A stretch of 26,097 bases of DNA from an uncultured Gammaproteobacteria bacterium (GTDB taxonomy: Bacteria > Pseudomonadota > Gammaproteobacteria > SG8-11), in NCBI GenBank assembly GCA_964632225.1, contig CAZWBV010000002.1:1-26097 (forward strand). Direction: 5' to 3'. The notes beneath the pieces were generated by a model, which ran no database searches, was not told the DNA's origin, and saw only the letters and a program-made list of their open reading frames with translations. Below are positions 17,994 to 26,097 of the stretch, one piece after another (position 1 is the first letter of the stretch; the number at the start of each line of letters is the position of its first letter). Both the position numbers and the translations under genes were made by a program.

Positions 17994-18967
17994 TCAATTT
18001 CCTGTAATCGGAAGTCGCAGGTCAAGTTTCACACCACTGCTAAAACGTGACCGTGACCAGCTAATGCTTGCACTTATTGACCGCGCTCGTTCTTGTATAT
18101 TCGTCAGACCCCTTCCTTTTTTAAGTAAGGCTGAATTTACTGACATACCGACGCCGTTGTCTTCAATCAGCAACATGATTTTGTCGTTTGTATGCCATAA
18201 TGAAATTTCCAGTTTATTGCAATGCGCATGACGAATGACGTTGTGAACCGCTTCTTGAATTATTCTATAAAGACTGAGGCTTTGATAATCGGAAAGATAC
18301 TGATCTACTCCAGGGTCTATATTCAAACAATACCCTGGCAAATTCTATTTGCGCTTGATGACAGCGCTGCAAGTCTTTTTCTGGTCATCGTTATTGTCCA
18401 AAATGAAAGCGCCAGGCCAGCGGTAACACACATTATCAGTATTGCTATTGATACATTGAACAAAATTGGCCCTGTGATCTGTAAATTTTCATAGTATTTT
18501 ATATAGGCCTCGCGTTTTTTGGCCCAAATCAGTTGGTAGGATGTTTCTAGACGCGGTAAAAATGTTTCTAACAGCTTACTGGCCGATTCAACTTCAAGCG
18601 GTTCTTTGAACATTAATTCTTTGACTGACTGTTCAATGTATTTTTGAGATTCTTTTGGCATTTTGTCGAAACACTCAGGACAGTTAACGCTGTCTGAGAA
18701 AATTTGGTGTTGTTCAATATAATTGAACAACAAATCTTCATCTTGTACCGAAGGAGAGGGTGACATTTTTTTTAGAATAGATTGCATACGCTGACCTGCA
18801 CCGATCGCGACGTGCAGGCGGTCTGAAATTCGTCCCCATTGCCGTACAGTTTCATTTTCTGACTGTAGTTTTTCATAGTAGGTGAGGGTAAACCAGACTA
18901 ACCCGGCGAGCATGAAAATCATGATAGCTGGTGTGATAAGTATTTGATACTTAAGGTGAATTTTCTT
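17994..18967 (-). pseudogene. Sensor histidine kinase (HisKA_3/NarX-type) with an internal deletion, a frameshift and an apparently mutated start codon
   Basis: The upstream frame encodes TM1, a periplasmic sensor, TM2 and the start of a HAMP (RKRLAALSSSANRICQG), then stops at 18323. An overlapping frame resumes just before the N-box (LYRIIQEAVHNVIRHA) with DNGVG, GRGLTNIQERA and GVKL. No H-box is present in either frame. Confidence 0.8.
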
Positions 18968-19154
18968 TGAAGATCCTGGTGTATGCTAATTATAGCAAGC
19001 CCAGACAGGGGCCGTTAATGTGCTTTTCCACAGTCGGTGTTAGTGGCGTTAATCATTCACAGGCTGTTTACTTGAACCTGTTTTCCAGCAACAAAATTTG
19101 CCAGTATTCGTGTAAATACCAATGAAATAATTTGGCCACTTTTAGGAGGCGGTT

Positions 19155-20153
19155 GTGTTTATTATCGGATATGTACAAAAAAAACTAAATTCATCTCTAT
19201 TCCAGCTCAATATATTTCTATTCAGTATTTTCTTGATGAGTAGTGCCGGTTTCAGCTACGCCGCTAGCCATGAAATTCCCAGTCTTGCAAACCCGAACCT
19301 GACTAAAGTGACTGATAGGGTATACGCATTAATCGGTGAAATGGCGATCCCGAATGAAAAAAATGATGGTTTTATCTGTAATAGCGTTTTTGTGATTACC
19401 AATGAGGGTGTTGTGGTTATCGATCCGGGGGGGACGCTGCAAATTGGCCGCATGGTTATTGACGAAATACGTAAAATAACAAAAAAACCCATTACGCATG
19501 TTATTAATACGCATCATCATGCCGACCATTGGATGGGTAACCACGCATTTGACGATCTAAATCCAAAACCAGAAATACTCGGGCACCTTGTCATGAAAGA
19601 GACTGCGGAGGAGATAGGTGAACGTTGGCTTGAAATTATTTCTAACCTGACCAAAGGTAAAAATAAAGGTACAAAAATAATATTACCCACTCGCACAGTA
19701 GAGGGTAACGAAACACTTAAAATAGGTGGGTTAACATTTCAACTGTTTCACCCGGAACATGCTCACACCAAGGGGGATATCGCTATTTATATTCCAGAGG
19801 AAAAAGTGTTGCTCCCTGGCGATATTTTTTTCTATATACGTACCCCGGGTTTTCAAGATGCCAGTCCATTGGGGAATGCAGAAGCGCTTGAGGCGCTTAA
19901 AAAACTGGACTTCGATAAGGTGGTACCCGGTCATGGTCCTGTTACAGATAAGTCTGGCATTGATTACATGCTCAACTTTATTCATCTGGTTCATCGCGAG
20001 GTTAAAAAATATCTGGACCAAGGGCTGGCCGATTTTGAAATGAAAGAAAAAATTAATGTAGGAAAATATAAAAACATGTCTGGTTTTAAAGATCGATTTG
20101 GAATAATTATTAATCGTATGTATCTTGAAATTGAAGAGCGGGAATTTCAATAA
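19155..20153 (+). CDS. Exported metallo-beta-lactamase-fold hydrolase (SoxH-like / quinoprotein-relay-type)
   Basis: AGGAGG RBS 5 nt before GTG; N-terminal hydrophobic signal region; VVIDPG, INTHHHADHWMGN, AHTKGD, LPGDI, VVPGHG. Confidence 0.85.
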   Translation: MFIIGYVQKKLNSSLFQLNIFLFSIFLMSSAGFSYAASHEIPSLANPNLTKVTDRVYALIGEMAIPNEKNDGFICNSVFVITNEGVVVIDPGGTLQIGRMVIDEIRKITKKPITHVINTHHHADHWMGNHAFDDLNPKPEILGHLVMKETAEEIGERWLEIISNLTKGKNKGTKIILPTRTVEGNETLKIGGLTFQLFHPEHAHTKGDIAIYIPEEKVLLPGDIFFYIRTPGFQDASPLGNAEALEALKKLDFDKVVPGHGPVTDKSGIDYMLNFIHLVHREVKKYLDQGLADFEMKEKINVGKYKNMSGFKDRFGIIINRMYLEIEEREFQ

Positions 20154-20163
20154 AATATACGCG

Positions 20164-20199
20164 TAGCGATTGAGATTTACAGCTAAATCTCAATCGCTA
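20164..20199. terminator. Perfect 16-bp stem-loop between convergent genes
   Basis: TAGCGATTGAGATTTA-cagc-TAAATCTCAATCGCTA, about 10 nt from both stop codons; no clear U-tract. Confidence 0.6.
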
Positions 20200-20208
20200 T
20201 CGGATATA

Positions 20209-21189
20209 TTATGGATTTCCGTTCACTGCAATCCAAAAGGGAAAACTGCCTGTTTTGTATTTTTTTACCACTTTTAACGTTTGCGTGTCGATAACAACAA
20301 CTTTATCTTCAGACGTGACAGTCGCATACACCCAGCGATTGTCAGCGCTGGCGCGAACGCCGTGGGGTCCATAGCCGACATTAATTTTCTTAACGATAGA
20401 TAACGTTTTGGTATCAATCACGGTTACAATATTATCTGCGATTGCGCCAGTAAATACGTACTGACCGTTAGGGATAACATCGATACCAGCATGGCCTTTA
20501 CCTACCTGAATAATTTTCTTAACTTTCCCCGTAAGCAGATCCAGAGCCGCGATGTTGCCGATAAGATCACGAACGTACGCCGTCTTTTCATCCTTTGATA
20601 AATCAAGGTTGTGTGGGCCGGTTAACCCGGGAATGGGAATAATGGAAGTAACACGTCGGCTGGTTGTATTTATAACCCCCAGTCCCGCTCCACCTTGTAA
20701 AGTGACATAGGCGATATCACCATTGTTATTAAAGCGTACGTTGTGCGGCATTTTTTCAGTCTTGATTGTGGCAACAACGTTTAAAGACGTTAAATCTATA
20801 ACACTAATTGTATTGTCAGCCTCATTACTCACATAGGCTTCTTTCCCATTGGGAGAAATTTTTAGGCCTTTTGACGCTTTACCCACTTTTATTATGGCCA
20901 GTTGTTTTCCTGTATTGGTGTCAAATGCATACACACTTGAGGTGTTCGGACTGGTTGCCAGTAACATTTTTCCATCGGGTGTGATCGAGTTGTAAAGCAT
21001 GTTTGGGCCACCCTTCCAAACTTTTTCAGCAGGGTATTGTACAACCTGGTTTGCAAGCTTGATTGTGACATAAGTCGGTTCAGGAAAATTGCCGGTTGCT
21101 ATTACAGTGCAGGAAAATAGGGTAGTTACAACAAACAATATTATAGAAATTAAATTATTCGATTCGTTAAAAATTTTAGGCAATAACAT
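20209..21189 (-). CDS. Exported YVTN/YncE-family beta-propeller protein
   Basis: Hydrophobic N-terminal signal region; repeated units such as SPNGKEAYVSNEADNTISVID, PHNVRF..., PHGVRASADNRWVY. Confidence 0.88.
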   Translation of the reverse strand: MLLPKIFNESNNLISIILFVVTTLFSCTVIATGNFPEPTYVTIKLANQVVQYPAEKVWKGGPNMLYNSITPDGKMLLATSPNTSSVYAFDTNTGKQLAIIKVGKASKGLKISPNGKEAYVSNEADNTISVIDLTSLNVVATIKTEKMPHNVRFNNNGDIAYVTLQGGAGLGVINTTSRRVTSIIPIPGLTGPHNLDLSKDEKTAYVRDLIGNIAALDLLTGKVKKIIQVGKGHAGIDVIPNGQYVFTGAIADNIVTVIDTKTLSIVKKINVGYGPHGVRASADNRWVYATVTSEDKVVVIDTQTLKVVKKYKTGSFPFWIAVNGNP

Positions 21190-21245
21190 TCTCTATAACC
21201 TCACTCTGGTTTATTAATTGATAGGGGTTTACTGCTACTTACTTA

Positions 21246-21281
21246 TATAGGCGACTAAATAGTTATAGGCGACTAAATAGT
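21246..21281. repeat. Perfect 18-bp tandem duplication (TATAGGCGACTAAATAGT x2) spanning the anti-sigma stop codon
   Basis: 21246-21263 and 21264-21281 are identical. Confidence 0.9.
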
Positions 21282-21935
21282 CATTTGATTCTGATTGAGG
21301 GACATTGACCTGATAATGCCATCAACTTCTCCCTTGAGTGAATCATCTTCATATAACACGAATACGTCCATTGTTTTGTTAAGCTTGAACAAAAACCATT
21401 TTTGCCCATTGAATTCGCCCGAGGTTTTATTTGTTCTGACTAATTTTTCATGTGAATTATGAATAAACAGATTAATTACAGCGTAGCCAGTTAAACCGAT
21501 ATTTTTTTCTGTTCTATTGAGTTCAAAGCGTAAATGTTTGGTTTTAATATTATCTAATAGACAATTCTTGCTTAACACAATCGATTCGGCATTGATAGGT
21601 ATCGCGATACCCCTTTCTGTCATCCATTGTTTATAATTGCCATCGACAATTCCTGTCATAAATCTCTCATCCTGAGTGTGTTCGTAGGCGAGAGCTATGG
21701 GGGATGTGGCCATGTCGACTCTGTATATTATGAACAAGCCGATAAGCAACGTCGCAGCAATAGACGATGAAAAGAAAAGCCGGTAACGTATTTTTCTATG
21801 TGCTGATTTTTTTTCGTCAATGATTTGTTTGTCAAGATTGTTGAGCAAGCTTTGTTTTAGACATGTTGGCACGTCAGGTGTATGCAGTGCCTGGTTCAAT
21901 TTCTTATGTTGGTCATTATCGTTATTTGTCACCAT
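21273..21935 (-). CDS. Putative membrane-anchored anti-sigma factor (DUF3379-like)
   Basis: Overlaps the ECF sigma 3' end by 14 nt; short cytoplasmic N-terminus (LNQALHTPDVPTCLKQSLL), one TM helix (LFFSSSIAATLLIGLFII), periplasmic domain. Confidence 0.75.
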   Translation of the reverse strand: MVTNNDNDQHKKLNQALHTPDVPTCLKQSLLNNLDKQIIDEKKSAHRKIRYRLFFSSSIAATLLIGLFIIYRVDMATSPIALAYEHTQDERFMTGIVDGNYKQWMTERGIAIPINAESIVLSKNCLLDNIKTKHLRFELNRTEKNIGLTGYAVINLFIHNSHEKLVRTNKTSGEFNGQKWFLFKLNKTMDVFVLYEDDSLKGEVDGIIRSMSLNQNQMTI

Positions 21936-22482
21936 TATTTCTTAACCTGTTATGATTTTGAATTTGAATGACATTGGGTTCATTTTTTACTCTTCTTTTT
22001 TTCGGAATATCATTCATTGCTTTTCTGGCACGTGATAAACGGCTCATCACAGTACCCGTGGGTATTTCAAGTTGCTCGCTGATTTCGTCATAGGTAAATC
22101 CGTGTAATGCATATAACAATAGAATTTCACGTTGCGACATACTTAGCGAATTGAGCTCACGTTCAAGATCAATCATTTCATCGATATTCTCATTCGGTGT
22201 AGTCGCGACTAAATCCAACTCCACCAGCGTATCTAACGATGTGAGTTTTCTGTTTGGGTGTTGATATTCCTTGTAAACGATACGACGCAGTATTGTTAAT
22301 AGCCAGGGCAAGACTTTTTTTTCATCATGTAACGAAGTCCGGTGTTTCCAGGCCTGGTAATAGGTATCCTGAACCAGGTCCTTTGCCAGATCGATATTAC
22401 TTGTCATCCAAAAAGCGTGTCGGTATACAGATTCATGATGTTGTACTATCCATTGTTTAAAAAGAGCTTCACTAATTTCCAT
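21922..22482 (-). CDS. ECF-family RNA polymerase sigma factor
   Basis: Region 2 AKDLVQDTYYQAWK...WLLTILRR; region 4 REILLLYALHGFTYDEISEQLEIPTGTVMSRLSRAR. Confidence 0.93.
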   Translation of the reverse strand: MEISEALFKQWIVQHHESVYRHAFWMTSNIDLAKDLVQDTYYQAWKHRTSLHDEKKVLPWLLTILRRIVYKEYQHPNRKLTSLDTLVELDLVATTPNENIDEMIDLERELNSLSMSQREILLLYALHGFTYDEISEQLEIPTGTVMSRLSRARKAMNDIPKKRRVKNEPNVIQIQNHNRLRNNGDK

Positions 22483-22543
22483 CTATATGATTTTCCGACA
22501 TAATTTCACTTGCTCAGTTGTCTGTATTTTTACATATCGCTAT

Positions 22544-22573
22544 TAAGAGGGTGATTACCAACAATTTATTCCC
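22544..22573 (-). promoter_or_regulatory. Candidate ECF autoregulatory promoter
   Basis: Minus strand GGGAATAAA...TCTTA (GAATAA-N17-TCTTA) about 60 nt upstream of the sigma ATG; resembles generic ECF -35/-10 elements. Not validated. Confidence 0.35.
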
Positions 22574-22731
22574 GGCAAAATAAAAATAATTTTGTGTCTA
22601 GAATATTCATTAGACTGAACACCCAAGAATAAGACAGCGAAAATCGAATAATTTATCGGAATGTACAACTAAGATATTGTGTTTATAGCCCTATTACTAT
22701 TTATGCCATTTCAGATTATTTTTCAACACCA

Positions 22732-22740
22732 TGCTACAAT
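22732..22740 (+). promoter_or_regulatory. Extended -10 promoter for glutaredoxin
   Basis: TG-c-TACAAT about 30 nt upstream of ATG 22772. Confidence 0.5.
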
Positions 22741-22771
22741 TTAACCTAAATAAACCAGTTGGATGTTTAAA

Positions 22772-23023
22772 ATGGCACAAGTGAAAATATATAGTACGGG
22801 CACTTGCCCTATTTGTGATAAAACTAAATCGGCATTGATTAAGTGGAATATCGATTATGAAGAGGTTAAGATTGATCAGTCGGCAGAGGGTTTAAAAGAA
22901 ATGCTAGAGATAACGGACCATGCGCGAACGGTACCGCAGATAATTGTTAAGGGGAAATGGATAGGCGGGTTTTCTGAATTAACTGAATTACACATGGATG
23001 GTGAACTTGATGATTTGATGTGA
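22772..23023 (+). CDS. grxC: Dithiol glutaredoxin (Grx3-like)
   Basis: CPIC active site, ARTVPQIIV and WIGGFSEL glutathione-binding motifs, GELD C-terminus. Confidence 0.88.
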   Translation: MAQVKIYSTGTCPICDKTKSALIKWNIDYEEVKIDQSAEGLKEMLEITDHARTVPQIIVKGKWIGGFSELTELHMDGELDDLM

Positions 23024-23163
23024 TTTAGTTTTAATATCACTGGAATGCTTAGTTTTGAATTTCTCTACACTATTCTAATTGTCATACCTCGTGATTGATA
23101 TTCAATGTTGTGTTAAGTAGATGTCGCCACCCCTTACTGTTAAGTTGTTAGTGTAGTGAATAA

Positions 23164-23338
23164 AAACAGGGCTTGGTTAACTAGTGTTCATCCACAAACG
23201 GTCTATTTCTCCAATATCCGCGTTGCACAGATTTTTTAAATGCTCACATATTAGTATATGCTGCGCTTTAAAAAATCGGTGCGCCTTGATCTTGAAGAAA
23301 TATCCTCGTTTGTGGACGGACACTAACTGGCCCTGTTT
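23164..23338. terminator. Bidirectional terminator hairpin split by a MITE
   Basis: AAACAGGGC (23164-23172) and GCCCTGTTT (23330-23338) flank the MITE, between convergent grxC and the 88-aa ORF. Confidence 0.6.
23184..23323. mobile_element. 140-bp MITE with 17-bp imperfect TIRs and a TA target duplication
   Basis: GTGTTCATCCACAAACG (23184-23200) versus reverse complement of the right end GTGTCCGTCCACAAACG (15/17); TA at 23182-23183 and 23324-23325; internal 15/16 IR GCACAGATTTTTTAAA / TTTAAAAAATCGGTGC. Confidence 0.82.
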
Positions 23339-23373
23339 CTGAATTGAATATTAATCCAATCGCCGGATTATCG

Positions 23374-23640
23374 TTAGCTTTCAATTAAACCTGATACGGC
23401 CTTTTTATCAATTTTCTCAATCGTTTTGTTGTCGTGGCTGGCGGTCTTATCTTGGCTGTGCTGTTCGAAAAATTTTGACCAAAACTGCTTTTTATCATTA
23501 TTTTTTAATGCGTCTGCCGATAATTCCTGATGGCCTTTTTTGCTACTGCAGCCTTCGCCTTCACTTCCCGCGAAAGCCAGCGAAGAGAGTGTCATAACAA
23601 AAAGGAAAAAAATGGGTAGTTGAATAAGTTTGATATCCAT
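23374..23640 (-). CDS. Small secreted hypothetical protein
   Basis: Sec-type signal ending SLAFA; GGAG RBS upstream; hydrophilic Lys/Ser-rich mature part. Confidence 0.7.
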   Translation of the reverse strand: MDIKLIQLPIFFLFVMTLSSLAFAGSEGEGCSSKKGHQELSADALKNNDKKQFWSKFFEQHSQDKTASHDNKTIEKIDKKAVSGLIES

Positions 23641-23836
23641 AACATTAATGTCTCCGATTTATGGTGAGTTGCCAACGTGTATGATTCATGATTTTTTTGA
23701 ACATGTAAACAGTTATTTTGGTAGGGTTATAGCGTGTTTCTCGGACAGGCTCCCTAGGCAATAATAGTTGCCTGTGTGGGGTTTACTGTTCAGAATATTA
23801 GCTATGTCTTAAGGAAATTGGATTAGTTAACATAGT

Positions 23837-25897
23837 ATGTGTGGCATTTCATTAGTTTATCATTGTGAAGGACAACGCGTTGACGAGGCTATGTTGCGTC
23901 GTATGATATTGGCGATAAAACACCGTGGTCCAGATGCCGATGGCATTTTTGTTAATAAACATGCTGGTTTGGGTCATACCAGGTTAAGTATTGTCGATGT
24001 TAACGGCGGCACACAACCCATGCTGAGTCAGAACAAACGTTATGTAATTACATATAATGGGGAAATCTATAATTTCAAAGACTTACGTGAATCGCTAGAA
24101 AAACAGGGAATCGAATTTGAGAGTCGCTGTGATACAGAAGTCATTTTGGCATTGTATCAGGAATTAGGTGCTGATTGTGTTAAACAGTTGCGTGGTATGT
24201 TCAGTTTTGCAATTCTCGACATTCAAAGCGGTAAATTATTTATTGCGCGTGACCGTTTGGGTATCAAACCCCTGTTTTATCACTGGACTGGTAAAACATT
24301 GTTGGCGGCCTCCGAAATAAAGTCGTTGTTTGCGAGTAAATTGCTGACGCCGGTCATTAATAAACAATCGATTAGAAATCATTTTACTTACCAATTTTCA
24401 GTTTCGCCTTTTACCATGTTTGAAAATGTACTGGAACTGCCACCCGGCCATACGTTAACTATTGTACAAGGAGGCGAACCTGAAATAAAGGAATATTGGG
24501 ACTTGGAATTTCCTGAAGAATGTTTGGAGGAGCAATTACCATCGTTATTATCAGAACAATTACAGGAGCAGGGCGAATACTTAATAGATGAAAATTTTCA
24601 AGAACAAAGTGAGGGCAAGGAAGAGCAAGAGTGGATTCAAAAATTTGAGGAGAAGTTTAATGATGCGGCGAAAACTCACACTATAGGTGATGTTCCTATA
24701 GGTACGTATTTGTCAGGCGGTATTGATTCGTCCGCTACGACACTACTATTAAAGAAACATTACCCATCCTTACCGAAATCTTTTTCAATTCATTTTATCA
24801 ATCCGAATTCTGACGAATCTTACGCTTATCGGCCCGTGGCGAATCATTTGGGTGTTCCAAATTCTGAACTGATAATTGATGATAAGCGTGAAGAGGGTTA
24901 CCTGGGTGTGTTTGCAGCGTGTTTGTATCATTTAGAGCAGCCCCAAAGAATGGCGGTTGATATCCCACATTTTTTATTATCTGATTTTGTACGGCAGGAA
25001 AATTGTAAAGTAGTTTATACAGGCGATGGGGCAGATGAAATTTTTGGGGGCTATGATTGCTTCCGTCAGGATAGTATGCGTTGTTGGGGCAACGATCTGC
25101 AAAATGAAGAGGCGCGTGCGAATCAATATTTAGGAGAATACAGTAAATATTTCGCCAAGCAATATATGCAATTATTGCTTGGGTTGCATGAACCTGAAAA
25201 ACAAGAGAATGTCTATGCGGAATTCGGCACCTATCCCGCATGGTATGATTTTTGGCAAATTTTGAAAGAATGCAGTGAGGAAATATTTACAGATTCATTT
25301 TTAAATGAAACAAACAATGATTCACAAATGCCAGAACTCGTTGCTAAAATGAAGCCTAAAATTAACAATCGTCATCCTCTTAATCAATCACTATATATGG
25401 AAACAAAAACCAGATTGCCAGGTTGGATTCTATGGAAGAGTGATCGCCTTAGTATGGCACATAGCGTCGAAGCGAGAGTACCTTTTATGGATCATCCGTT
25501 GGTAGAATTTTCAGCAAACATGCCATGCTATTTAAAATTAAATGGCATGGACGAAAAATATGTATTAAAAATGATGGTGAAGGCGGCGCTGCCAGAAATT
25601 CCTGGTGAATATAAAAAGCGCGCTTTCTATACTCCAATCAGGGAATGGTTTTTTTCTAATGATGATCAAACGGAATTACAGCAGTACTTGTCTGTTGATG
25701 CTCTTCAAGAAGTGGGTTTTTTTAAACCGAACGCAGTACAAAAAATAATAAAAAGGCTTGCTGAATCGCCCGCAGAACTGGATTTAAATAGTAACTACGA
25801 CGTGACGAAAGATGAATGGCTTTTTATGTTGGTACTTAGCACACAAATGTTGCATAGCCAGTTTGTGAAACAATCCGCTCCGTGCTTCCAGACTTAG
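23837..25897 (+). CDS. asnB: Asparagine synthase (glutamine-hydrolysing) family amidotransferase
   Basis: MCGI N-terminal nucleophile, HRGPD, RLSIVD, NGEIYN, RDRLGIKPL, LSGGIDSS, TGDGADEIFGGY, DRLSMAHSVEARVPFMD. Confidence 0.9.
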   Translation: MCGISLVYHCEGQRVDEAMLRRMILAIKHRGPDADGIFVNKHAGLGHTRLSIVDVNGGTQPMLSQNKRYVITYNGEIYNFKDLRESLEKQGIEFESRCDTEVILALYQELGADCVKQLRGMFSFAILDIQSGKLFIARDRLGIKPLFYHWTGKTLLAASEIKSLFASKLLTPVINKQSIRNHFTYQFSVSPFTMFENVLELPPGHTLTIVQGGEPEIKEYWDLEFPEECLEEQLPSLLSEQLQEQGEYLIDENFQEQSEGKEEQEWIQKFEEKFNDAAKTHTIGDVPIGTYLSGGIDSSATTLLLKKHYPSLPKSFSIHFINPNSDESYAYRPVANHLGVPNSELIIDDKREEGYLGVFAACLYHLEQPQRMAVDIPHFLLSDFVRQENCKVVYTGDGADEIFGGYDCFRQDSMRCWGNDLQNEEARANQYLGEYSKYFAKQYMQLLLGLHEPEKQENVYAEFGTYPAWYDFWQILKECSEEIFTDSFLNETNNDSQMPELVAKMKPKINNRHPLNQSLYMETKTRLPGWILWKSDRLSMAHSVEARVPFMDHPLVEFSANMPCYLKLNGMDEKYVLKMMVKAALPEIPGEYKKRAFYTPIREWFFSNDDQTELQQYLSVDALQEVGFFKPNAVQKIIKRLAESPAELDLNSNYDVTKDEWLFMLVLSTQMLHSQFVKQSAPCFQT

Positions 25898-26097
25898 GGG
25901 CCGCAAAACAATAAGTTACCGAATTTAGTTATTTGATCGGCCAGATTTGGTAATTCCATTCGCCGTGAAATGTGTTGCGTTTGATTTGCACTTCTGCGAG
26001 TTGATCATCATTAACCTTCTTCGATTTTTCATACTGGCCTTTGTCCAACCAAGCGTGAACTTCCAGGCCTTCTTCAGTTTTCGTTGAGCCAATAAGA
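25898..26097 (-). mobile_element. End of an ISAzo13-family insertion sequence (continues beyond the window)
   Basis: Transposase C-terminus on the minus strand ends 31 nt from a GC-rich terminus GGGCCGCAAAACAATAAGTTACC that abuts the asnB TAG. The exact boundary (25897/25898) needs the other end. Confidence 0.75.
25929..26097 (-). CDS. ISAzo13-family DDE transposase, C-terminal fragment (not in the supplied ORF track)
   Basis: LIGSTKTEEGLEVHAWLDKGQYEKSKKVNDDQLAEVQIKRNTFHGEWNYQIWPIK* matches the 'T.T..GL.V...LD...Y.kg.Kvsd......i.r..fHgeWNY.I.P' C-terminus of ISAzo13/Rhodopirellula-type transposases. Confidence 0.85.
   Translation of the reverse strand, partial: LIGSTKTEEGLEVHAWLDKGQYEKSKKVNDDQLAEVQIKRNTFHGEWNYQIWPIK

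Noticed and set aside
4555-25241. Remaining antisense or alternate-frame ORFs in the track (for example 4642-4929, 8343-8711, 9051-9428, 12031-12354, 15548-15838, 19731-20150, 24798-25241)
   Set aside because: All are nested in well-supported genes on another frame or strand and show no motifs of their own.
23374-25897. Lasso-peptide system (AsnB-like cyclase plus small divergent ORF as precursor)
   Set aside because: The AsnB keeps an intact Cys-initiated glutaminase domain, the small ORF has a Sec signal rather than a lasso leader, and no RRE/PqqD or B2 protease gene is present.
1-26097. CRISPR array, tRNA or rRNA genes
   Set aside because: No regularly spaced repeats with unique spacers and no cloverleaf/TTCGA-arm or rRNA-like sequence were seen on reading.

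Overview
AT-rich chromosomal window from a gammaproteobacterium (inferred from the DbpA/YhiN/YajD/RhlE, YeaD and GrxC-type genes; no finer taxonomy is supportable). Left to right: 3' end of a PstS-like binding protein; a lipoprotein whose C-terminus is interrupted by a 242-bp MITE; a small membrane protein; an atypical MTHFR-fold flavoprotein; an alpha/beta hydrolase with an in-frame TAA; a hexose-6-P epimerase; SulP. Next comes a five-gene minus-strand cluster: conserved hypothetical, atypical receiver protein with a long disordered linker, roadblock-like protein, stand-alone protoglobin, and Roadblock/MglB protein. It resembles a heme/gas-sensing version of an MglB/RomR-type polarity module, but has no GTPase gene. 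Then dbpA, yhiN(rdsA), yajD, a hypothetical and rhlE; a NarL-type regulator whose kinase is broken; a periplasmic metallo-beta-lactamase-fold enzyme; a YVTN propeller with an ECF sigma/anti-sigma pair; glutaredoxin; a MITE in a terminator loop; a small secreted protein; an AsnB-family amidotransferase; and one end of an ISAzo13-family IS. No tRNA, rRNA or CRISPR array was seen. All family assignments come from motifs recognised by eye, not from database searches.
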